A stretch of DNA of 10,665 nucleotides from the NCBI RefSeq assembly GCF_006345805.1, contig NW_021827376.1, forward strand, positions 1 to 10,665, written 5' to 3'. The notes under the pieces are model-generated. The model ran no database searches. It was not told where the DNA came from and worked only from the letters and a program-made list of their open reading frames with translations. This document shows, piece by piece, positions 1-7,575 of this stretch. Both the position numbers and the translations under genes were made by a program. This DNA comes from Octopus sinensis (Eukaryota). Within the stretch, counting starts at the first letter, position 1. Each line of letters begins with the position of its first letter.

Positions 1-1
1 C

Positions 2-241
2 TAGGTAGACCCGGGACGGCAGAGTTGCTTTGAGAGCAACGCGACACTCGCGGTGCCATTCGCCCTTCTTCGGCCTCTTTTTGATCCACGACTGTAGTTC
101 GGTCATGGAGACGAGTTGCGGGAATGCGTGCCTCACAAACGGCGACCACACCTGTTCACCGTCGTCTACATAGAGCCGGAGATGTCGCAGTCTCAGCGCG
201 TGTCTGCGCATCATCAACCACGGCATGCCCAGCCCTCCTTT
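2..241 (-). mobile_element. L1/Tx1-like non-LTR retrotransposon ORF2 fragment (region C-terminal to the RT domain), 5'-truncated, continues beyond the window start
   Basis: A stop-free minus-strand frame missing from the ORF track reads KGGLGMPWLMMRRHALRLRHLRLYVDDGEQVWSPFVRHAFPQLVSMTELQSWIKKRPKKGEWHRECRVAL. GGLGxP followed by a hydrophobic helix and Trp is typical of post-RT L1/Tx1 ORF2. The segment is GC- and CpG-rich compared with the rest of the window. Confidence 0.7.
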
Positions 242-242
242 T

Positions 243-292
243 TAGATAGATAGACAGATAGATAAGATAGATAGATAGATAGACAGATAGAC

Positions 293-327
<35 letters not shown>

Positions 328-360
328 AAGACAGACAGATAGACAGACAGACAGATAGAT

Positions 361-397
<37 letters not shown>
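243..397. repeat. (GATA)n/(GACA)n microsatellite
   Basis: Directly visible tandem repeat. Confidence 0.97.
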
Positions 398-398
<1 letters not shown>

Positions 399-531
399 TG
401 ATTGACAAGACAAAGAGGGGAAAAAACATAAGAAATAGAGAAGGGTATGTGAAAAACGAAAACTATTGAAAATATATAGTGATAAATAGATAGGTATATA
501 CAGAGGAACGCACGCTGTCACGAGCACACAG

Positions 532-578
532 ATACATACATACATACATACATACATACATACATACACACATACATA
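532..578. repeat. (CATA)n microsatellite
   Basis: Directly visible tandem repeat. Confidence 0.95.
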
Positions 579-586
579 TGTATGTA

Positions 587-738
587 GTGGAGGCGCTTGG
601 CCTAGTGGTTAGAGCAGCAAACTCGCGATCGAAGGATCGCGGGTTCGAATCTCAGACCGGGCGATGTGCGTGGTTATGAGCGAAACACCTAAGCTCCACG
701 CGGCTCCAGCAGAAGGTAATGGCGAACTTCCGCTGACT
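587..738 (+). mobile_element. tRNA-derived SINE family 1 (tRNA-Arg-like head), 3'-truncated copy
   Basis: A-box TGGCCTAGTGG at 598-608 and B-box GGTTCGAATC at 642-651. It is colinear with the 5' part of the copy at 7060-7449 (CAGACCGGGCG, GAGCGAAA, AAGCTCCACG), and similarity stops at about 738. Confidence 0.88.
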
Positions 739-1180
739 ATTAAGAAAGCTCTGAAGGAGACCAAACTCAACATTAAGATCATTGAAAAGCTAGGAAGTCC
801 CATCAGGTTACAGCTATGTAGGACGTACCCCTTTGAGAATACAACACGCATCAATGAAAACTGCATAGTATGTAAAATTAACCCTGGCATTAACAGTAGA
901 ATTAGAAATGTAGTCTACAGCATAAGGTACACAGGGGGTGTTTGTAAAAAAACATGACGTACATTGGGAAGACATCTAGAAGAATTCAGGAGAGATTAAA
1001 TGAACATTTGAGACAATACGACGACAAAAAACAGTCCTCCATGCTCTACCAACATGCCAAAGACCAACATGGAAGCACAGTGGGCTGAATGACTAGGTCA
1101 ACAGAGTAAGCGGGTCTGTTGTAGAAAGACCCAAAACTGCGTATGAACCTAGAAACATCGCTGATGATGAGTTCCAGAGT
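739..1180 (+). mobile_element. Penelope-like element remnant: Cys-rich linker plus GIY-YIG endonuclease domain, pseudogenised
   Basis: The first frame reads NCIVCKINPGINSRIRNVVYSIRYTGGVC. After a frameshift in the A7 run at 946-952, the frame at 951-1088 reads NMTYIGKTSRRIQERLNEHLRQYDDKKQSSMLYQHAKDQH. After in-frame stops it continues KDPKLRMNLETSLM. VVY...YIGxT.R....R..EH...H...H...E is the PLE GIY-YIG signature. Confidence 0.88.
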
Positions 1181-1208
1181 ATATGAGATATGTATCTTGA
1201 CACTACTA

Positions 1209-1278
1209 TCTCTCTTTCTCTCTCACACACTCTCAATCTCTTTTTTACTGCTTCTCTTTCTCTCTCTCTCTCTGTCTC
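1209..1278. repeat. Imperfect (CT)n tract
   Basis: Directly visible. Confidence 0.8.
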
Positions 1279-1618
1279 TTAATTTTTACCGTTATTTTCC
1301 TTCTCTTGTTTCTTCTCACCTTTCTCATCTCTAGTTTCTTTCTTTCTCTTACAAACAAGCATACACACATGCACACAGGCGCGCGCACACACCCCCACAT
1401 ACACACACATACATATATATATATGAATTATGCTTGGAGACAGTTCACACGTTCACTCAAAGACATACTTAATAGACATTGGTGGACCAAAAAAAACCCA
1501 GACCATCTCACATACATAAACATACTAAATATAGTTAGATATGAAATAGATGGAAAAAACTAAGAGAAAAAGGAAAAGAATAGAAAAGGAAGATTGCACC
1601 CTCACGCATAAGTATAGA

Positions 1619-1812
1619 TACATACATACATGCATACATACATACATACATACATACATACATACATACATACATACATACATACATACATACGTACATA
1701 CATACATACACATATATATATATATATTATTATTATTATATGCACGTATAAATATATGTCTGTGTATGTATACATATGTATGTGTACATATATATATATA
1801 TACATATATATA
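1619..1812. repeat. (CATA)n followed by mixed (TA)n/(TG)n low-complexity sequence
   Basis: Directly visible. Confidence 0.93.
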
Positions 1813-2071
1813 TAAATGGTTTTTCCGTTTTCGTTTTTCGTTTCTCGTTGAGTTCTACGTCTAGTTGTGGTGTCCTGTACTCACGTGTATATATATTTAT
1901 ATATGCATGTATATATACATGTAGATGTAGGTACGTACATATATGTTTGTATGTATGCATATATTTTATTTATTACACTATATATATATATAAAAAAAGT
2001 TTTTTTAGCTACTATTTCTAATGAGTTCAGTATGTGGCAAAGTAAGTTATTTTACTAAGCCCTTTTATATA

Positions 2072-2090
2072 ATATATATATATAGTATAT

Positions 2091-2168
<78 letters not shown>
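2072..2168. repeat. (TA)n microsatellite
   Basis: Directly visible. Confidence 0.97.
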
Positions 2169-2171
<3 letters not shown>

Positions 2172-2438
2172 ACAGAGAATTAAGGAAAACGATGAGCTAT
2201 GACGTATACATTTTAAAGAAAAAAGAGAGAATAAAATAACATCTGAACAAAGACTCGAATATGTATTTTTAAAATTCCTATTTTGATTCGTGTTTCTTCT
2301 TCTTCTTCTTCAGATGATATTTAATTTTTTCTTCTCCATATTTTTCTTCTCGTTTGAATTTCTTTCATATTTTATATACTTTCGTATCATTTTTCATTTT
2401 GAAATATCAAAAAAAAAAAAAAAGAACTGTTTGGATGT

Positions 2439-2533
2439 TTATTATTATTGTTATTATTATTATTGTTATTATTATTATTGTTATTATTATTATTGTTATT
2501 ATTATTATTGTTATTATTATTATTTTTATTATT

Positions 2534-2595
<62 letters not shown>

Positions 2596-2619
2596 TATTA
2601 TTATTATTATTATTATTAC

Positions 2620-2686
<67 letters not shown>

Positions 2687-2712
2687 GTTATTATTATTAT
2701 TATTATTATTAT
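2439..2712. repeat. Compound trinucleotide microsatellite (TAT)n-(CAT)n-(TAT)n
   Basis: Directly visible. The left part has a 15-bp higher-order period, with a TGT variant every fifth triplet. Confidence 0.97.
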
Positions 2713-3403
2713 TCCTATTCTCTTTTTTTGGGGGTTCTGGTTTTGGATTTAATTTTTCTTTTTATCTGATGTGTAAATTCTTCATTGAGCGTGTAAATAA
2801 ATGTTTTTGATTGCCTCTAAGGAAATTATTTCTTCAAATAAAACTTTATTGTTCCTTCTTTTTTTGTTTCCTCGTAAATATAGATATATTGCGCAAATGG
2901 CAATTTACAGGTAACAAATAAAACGAAATAAAATCAAATCAGAATACTTAAGAAACTGTGCCAAATGACAATGTCGGGTTTTCTTATTATTTTTAGCTAA
3001 GATTGTATGCTGGTATTTATATATATATATATTTAATGAATGAGTACAAAGAACAAGTGTATAATTTATAATTTTTCTTTCATTTTTCACAATTACTTTT
3101 TCTTCTTTTTTTTTTCACTATTAGTTTTTTTTTTTCTTCTTTTATCTTCTCTCTCTTAGATTTAGTTCTGAGAATATTTTCAGCTTCAAGGTCTAGCACT
3201 TATTGGATACGAAAAGAAAAAAAATTGAAGACAAAAATTTCTGTATGTATATGCCACTGTTATTGTAAACGTACCGTTGAGAATTAACTGTATATACATA
3301 CGTAATACATACACATAGGCAATCATACCTATATGCATAATACATACGTACGCACTCATATATGTATCTCTCGCTCTCTCTTTCCCTCTTTCTACCCCTA
3401 TTC

Positions 3404-3404
<1 letters not shown>

Positions 3405-3436
<32 letters not shown>

Positions 3437-3655
3437 ATAATATATATAATGTGTGTGTGTGTGTGTGTATACATACATAATAAAGCACATATATTTGCAT
3501 ATATAAGTACGCACAACACACATACATATAAACACAGTTACACATACATAAATACAGTATACATATACACATACAAACACATACGCACACGCATGTATAT
3601 ACATATATATATATGTGTGTACATATACACAAACAAAGACGCATATGTACATACA
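3405..3655. repeat. Mixed (TA)n/(TG)n/(CA)n low-complexity region
   Basis: Directly visible. Confidence 0.85.
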
Positions 3656-3915
3656 ATAATCTTTTAAATTTGTTCTTCACATATGTTTTCGTTTAATATT
3701 TTGTGTATTTTAATAGCAGTTTTATTTCTCTAAAATTTCGTGCTTATTATGATTGTTTACAAAAATTATGTGAAAAGAAAAAACACACACATACATACAC
3801 AACTTCTCATAACACACACACACATACACACAAACAAACGAATATGTGTGTTATTTATTTTTTAACCTTTAGTTTATGCAATTACAATATACACGGATTT
3901 TTACACAAATATAAT

Positions 3916-4080
3916 AATTTTAGATATATATGTAAAATATTCGGAAAAATTATCATAAAACAAGCTTAAAGATGATTATTTTAATATATATACAATGCTA
4001 AATAGAATTCATTCGTTTACCGATAAACCAAATAAAAAATATTTATATGAACTTTCTACGGAATCATGGGAAATTTGAAT
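3916..4080 (+). repeat. Segment A: about 165 bp, locally duplicated at 5238-5399
   Basis: Colinear direct repeat (TAGATATATATGTAAAATATTCGGAAAAATTAT ... GAACTTTCTACGGAAT.ATGGGAAATT.GAAT) with roughly six substitutions and a few small indels counted by eye. Confidence 0.95.
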
Positions 4081-4138
4081 GAAGTACAAAGCATGAAATA
4101 TTAAAACAAAAAGAAAATTTACATATGTTTATCTACCA

Positions 4139-4211
4139 GCCGAAATAGCTCAATTGGGAGAGCGTTAGATTGAAGATCAAAAGGTCCCTGGTTCATTCCC
4201 GGGTTTCGGCA
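4139..4211 (+). tRNA. tRNA-Phe: tRNA-Phe (anticodon GAA), degenerate, probably a pseudogene
   Basis: The 73-nt sequence GCCGAAATAGCTCAATTGGGAGAGCGTTAGATTGAAGATCAAAAGGTCCCTGGTTCATTCCCGGGTTTCGGCA matches the conserved metazoan tRNA-Phe except at G15A, C32T, T41A (breaks an anticodon-stem pair), G57A and invariant A58T. No T4 terminator follows directly. Confidence 0.93.
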
Positions 4212-4237
4212 TCCGGTGGCTTGTCTGCTTGTTTATA

Positions 4238-4742
4238 GGCGCAGGAGTGGCTGTGTGGTAAGTAGCTTGCTTACCAACCACATGGTTCCGGGTTCATTCC
4301 AGTGGGAATGCATGGCACCTCGGGCAAGTGTCTTCTACTATAGCCTCGAGCCGACCAAAGCCTTGTGAGTGGATTCTGCAAATGTGTCAAGATAAGGATC
4401 ACACAGTCCAATGTTTTTCTTTTCTAATACAGCGTTTCTAGGTCTGATTTGAGGGAAATTTGGTCGCTGTCGCGGAAGCTTGTCATGTGCGGATGCACTG
4501 TATAGACGGGTTTCTTTCAGTTTTTGTGTGTATATATATGTTTGTATGCCTGTATTTGTCCCACCAACATCGCTTGACAACTGATGGTGGTGTGTTTATG
4601 TCCCCGTAACTTAGCGATTCGGCAAAAGAGACCGATAGAATAAGTACTAGGCTTCCAAAGAATAAGTCTTGGGGTCGATTTGCTCGACTAAAGGCGGTGC
4701 TCCAGCATGGTCGCAGTCACCTGACTGAAACAAGTAAAAGAG
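4238..4742 (+). mobile_element. tRNA-derived SINE family 2 (CORE-like central motif), full-length but internally rearranged
   Basis: Head GGCGCAGGAGTGGCTGTGTGGTAAG, B-box-like GGTTCATTCC, CORE-like ACCTCGGGCAAGTG and tail ...GCTCCAGCATGGTCGCAGTCACCTGACTGAAACAAGTAAAAG. It matches the inverted copy at 9791-10091. The CORE assignment is from memory. Confidence 0.88.
4376..4507 (+). repeat. Segment B copy: insertion in the SINE, homologous to 5185-5236 plus 5399-5472
   Basis: 4376-4427 matches 5185-5236 at 49 of 52 positions, and 4437-4507 matches 5399-5472. The segment is absent from the sister SINE copy around 9960-9985. Confidence 0.93.
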
Positions 4743-4766
4743 GATTTTTATCCTTTGATTCGTTTA

Positions 4767-4997
4767 GGGCGGTGAGCTGGCAGAATCGTTAGCACACCGG
4801 GCGAAATGCCTAGCAGTATTTCATCTGCCGTTACGTTCTGAGTTCAAATTTCGATCGATTTTGCCCTTCCTTCTTTTCAGAGTTTTTTTTAAAATAAGTA
4901 CCAGTTACGCACTAGGGTCGATGTAATCGACTTAATCCCTTTGTCTGTCCTTGATTGTCCTGTCTATGTTTATCCTCCTGTGGGCAATAAAGAAATA
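4767..4997 (+). mobile_element. tRNA-related SINE family 3 (central motif resembling the Meta/MESC domain)
   Basis: Head GGCGGTGAGCTGGCAGAATCGTTAGC, B-box-like GAGTTCAAATT and tail GGGCAATAAAGAAATA. It is colinear with 10089-10310. The domain name is from memory. Confidence 0.85.
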
Positions 4998-5039
4998 GAT
5001 TTTATTAGTGTCTGCTGTAGAAATTTGTTGATAAATAGT

Positions 5040-5432
5040 ATTATTTTATTGTCGTCGTCATTGTTGTTGCTATTATTGTTGTCATTTTTTTTTCTTTTTT
5101 GCTGTTGACTTCAGGTCATTCGTGATCCAACATATCTGTGATAATTAAATCGTTTCAGGTGTGTCTATCCCGGCTTTTTCATTTCTGCAAATATGTCAAG
5201 ATAAAGATCACACAATCCAATGTTTTTCTTTTCTAAGAATTTAGATATATATGTAAAATATTCGGAAAAATTATAGAACAAGCTTAAAGATGATTATTTT
5301 AATATATATATACAATGCTAAACAGAATTCATTCGTTTACTGATAAACCTAATAAAAATATTTATATGAACTTTCTACGGAATTATGGGAAATTCGAATC
5401 TGGGTTTGATTTGAGGGAAATTCGGTCGCTAT
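5040..5432. repeat. Degenerate (TGT)n tract adjoining a probable old dispersed repeat (native site of segment B), interrupted by the segment A copy
   Basis: The (TGT)n/(TAT)n tract at 5040-5105 could be a minus-strand retroposon tail. The motifs ATCCAATGT and TGATTTGAGGGAAATT.GG resemble a cephalopod dispersed repeat from memory only. Confidence 0.3.
5238..5399 (+). repeat. Segment A copy, inserted into segment B
   Basis: Direct repeat of 3916-4080 that splits sequence which is contiguous at 4376-4507. Confidence 0.95.
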
Positions 5433-5549
5433 CGCGGAAGCTTGTCATGTTGTACGGATGCACTGTATAGACAACCTGTAAGAAAAGCGAAATGCGTCTG
5501 AAGTTCTCGAGAGTCACTACAGGAACGATGTTTTCCTCACCCCGAAATA

Positions 5550-5947
5550 TCTTTATATATAAAAGTAAGGTTGTGTGCTGTCTGTCTCCTACGATTTAGA
5601 TTCCTAATTACTCCCACATTTTGCGGTGCAGTTTAACCAAAATCGGGTATCTTATAGTCGTGATTCATATCGAGCCCTTCTGGGTATTAGCGCGCGTCTA
5701 CGATGAGTCTACGATTTAAAAAAAAAATTTACCATCAATTTTTCCCATTTTTAATGCATTTTTGGCATATATAAGGGAAGTAACTCTCTAAAAGTTTATT
5801 ATTAAATCTCAGAACTTAAAAAGCTACAGTAACACCCCCCCTTTTGTGGTTAGCCATATTGAGATGGCTATTATACTTTACATCTCTAAAAATGCTTATA
5901 TAGTTATTTCCCTTACAAACCCGAGCAACGCCGGGCGATACTGCTAG
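5550..5947 (+). mobile_element. Non-autonomous Helitron (398 bp)
   Basis: It begins TC (A|TCTTTATATATAAAAG) and ends CTAG|T, inserted between A and T with no TSD. A GC-rich hairpin CCCGAGCAACGCCGGG at 5920-5935 lies 8 nt before the CTAG. Confidence 0.88.
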
Positions 5948-6351
5948 TATATTATAATTTTGACACAAGTCCATGAAGAGATTTTATCTCAGACAATTCC
6001 ATAGCATGTACAAGCCTTGTAAAGGCGTGCGAACGTTTAGTATGAATCACAGATAACGATTTTAATTTAAGGCTGTTTCAAATGCGTATATCGAGTTTTT
6101 CTACAGCCCAGCAAGCTCCCACAATATCAGTAGATATATATTGGCTGTTTCCTATATAGTGAAGCACGAATTTGGTTTAAGTTGGTCGCAGAATGATGCA
6201 TGGCACTGACAAAGCTCAAGAAAAGCGAAATATGACTCTCGTTCTCGCGAGTCGCTGCAGTAACGATCATTGATACAATTGTAATATCGTAATATTCTTT
6301 CTTTCTTTTCTGTGATTATTTCAGCTGTACGTACGTGCATTCTTCTCACTG

Positions 6352-6362
6352 CACACACACAC

Positions 6363-6397
<35 letters not shown>
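6352..6397. repeat. (CA)n microsatellite
   Basis: Directly visible. Confidence 0.95.
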
Positions 6398-6400
<3 letters not shown>

Positions 6401-6470
6401 TGCATACATATACATTTATAAAATATATCTACATATCCACACATACATGTGTGTATATATATATATATTA

Positions 6471-6700
6471 TGGCTGCCCCCTCGTTATTGAGTATGGCCA
6501 TTGCACGAAGCTTAACTGTTACTGGTGCTGTGATCGAATGTGACTTTTTAGCCCAGCCAAAGATCTACAATGTCTTGTACAAAATTGGCAACTAAAATCT
6601 TTACCGGTAATAGCTGGCTGTAGTTGTAACTGGGCTTCATGTACCTTTGCATGTCGTTTAAGTCCTCCTGCCGAATTACACTCTCTTCCACCTGACAGCT
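6471..6700 (-). mobile_element. 3' end of an RTE-like LINE: C-terminal C2H2 zinc fingers, stop codon, short 3' UTR and (TA)n tail
   Basis: The frame 6698..6519 reads LSGGRECNSAGGLKRHAKVHEAQLQLQPAITGKDFSCQFCTRHCRSLAGLKSHIRSQHQ*. CxxCxRxCxSxxGLxSHxRxxH is the terminal finger pattern of RTE-type ORFs. A UTR of about 48 nt ends ...CTCAATAACGAGGGGGCAGCCA and runs into TA repeats. Confidence 0.8.
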
Positions 6701-6701
6701 A

Positions 6702-6740
<39 letters not shown>

Positions 6741-6792
6741 ATTTTACATACAAACACAGACACGCACACGCGCGCGTACACACATACACACA
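6702..6792. repeat. (TA)n/(CA)n microsatellite
   Basis: Directly visible. Confidence 0.9.
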
Positions 6793-6811
6793 AATGTATA
6801 TACTCATACGC

Positions 6812-6972
6812 ACGATGGGCTTACACACAGTTACCACAGTTATCATCTACGAAATTCATCACAAGGCATTGAGCGGCGCTGGGGCTATATCCAAGCTATC
6901 GCGCAGTGAGATTGAACCCGAAACCACGAGACTGCAAAGCGTGCATCTTTACTACAGAATTATACCTACGCC
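6812..6972 (-). mobile_element. Old, diverged SINE family 2-related 5' fragment
   Basis: Patchy colinear match to 9941-10091 (ACGATGGGCTT, TCTACGAAATTC, TCACAAGGC, GGCTATA, CGCAGTGAGATTGAACCCGAAACCA). It ends CCTACGCC, the reverse complement of the GGCG head. Confidence 0.7.
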
Positions 6973-7059
6973 AGCTTTTTTTTTTTTTTCAAATCCCATT
7001 TAATATAATTTCTTCGCCGCTAACTCCTGCTCTGTCAACGGATGGTAGTCTGTCTGACG

Positions 7060-7449
7060 GTGGGAAGCGCAATGGCCCAGTGGTTAGGGCAGCGGACTCG
7101 CGGTCGCAGGATCGCGGTTTCGATTCCCAGACCGGGCGTTGTGAGTGTTATTGAGCGAAAACCTAAAGCTCCACGAGCTTCCGGCAGGGGATGGTGGTGA
7201 ACCTTGTAGTACTCTTTCGCCCACAAACTTTCTCTCACTCTTACTTCCTGTGTTCTGTTGTACCTGTATTTCAAGGGGCCGGCCTTGTCACTCTCTGTGT
7301 CACGCTGAATATCCCCGAGAACTACGTTAAGGGTACACGTGTCTGTGGAATGGCAGCCACCTTACACGTTAATTTCACGAGCAGGCTGTTCCGTTGATTC
7401 GGATCAACCGGAACCTTCGTCGTCGTAACCGACGGAGTGCTTCCATCCC
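7060..7449 (+). mobile_element. tRNA-derived SINE family 1, full-length (390 bp) with a perfect 13-bp TSD
   Basis: A-box TGGCCCAGTGG at 7073-7083, B-box-like GTTTCGATTCC at 7117-7127 and TCG in the anticodon-like loop. The TSD AGTCTGTCTGACG is at 7047-7059 and 7450-7462. Probably related to the octopus OR-type SINEs (from memory). Confidence 0.93.
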
Positions 7450-7470
7450 AGTCTGTCTGACGACTTAACA

Positions 7471-7575
7471 AATCTTTTTAACTTAATCAGTAACAAGCAT
7501 GTTTGAACTGGCGATGTGTTACCTTGACTAATCTGTTAACTGAAGTCAGTAACAAGCTTGTTTGAACTGGCAATG
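7471..7575 (+). repeat. Two-copy diverged tandem repeat, period about 59 bp
   Basis: TCAGTAACAAGCATGTTTGAACTGGCGATG at 7487-7516 and TCAGTAACAAGCTTGTTTGAACTGGCAATG at 7546-7575, each preceded by AATCT..TTAACT. Confidence 0.85.

Noticed and set aside
156-569. ORFs 156-569 and 214-429 on the minus strand
   Set aside because: They are translated (TATC)n/(TATG)n repeats. The meaningful LINE frame is the third one (241..2).
587-660. tRNA-Arg(TCG)-like sequences here and at 7060-7135 as real tRNA genes
   Set aside because: The acceptor stems do not pair properly, and both continue into a shared SINE body, one with a TSD.
1306-3969. Many ORFs rich in Y/I/H/T/C/V or poly-I, poly-L, poly-H and poly-M
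   Set aside because: They are microsatellite and low-complexity translations, open in several frames and on both strands.
6190-6275. Possible C/D-box snoRNA (ATGATG...CTGA)
   Set aside because: The C box is imperfect, and there is no terminal D box or closing stem at a suitable distance.
7487-7575. Two 30-bp repeats separated by a 29-bp spacer, superficially CRISPR-like
   Set aside because: There are only two adjacent imperfect copies, similarity extends into the spacer, the context is eukaryotic and no cas genes are present.
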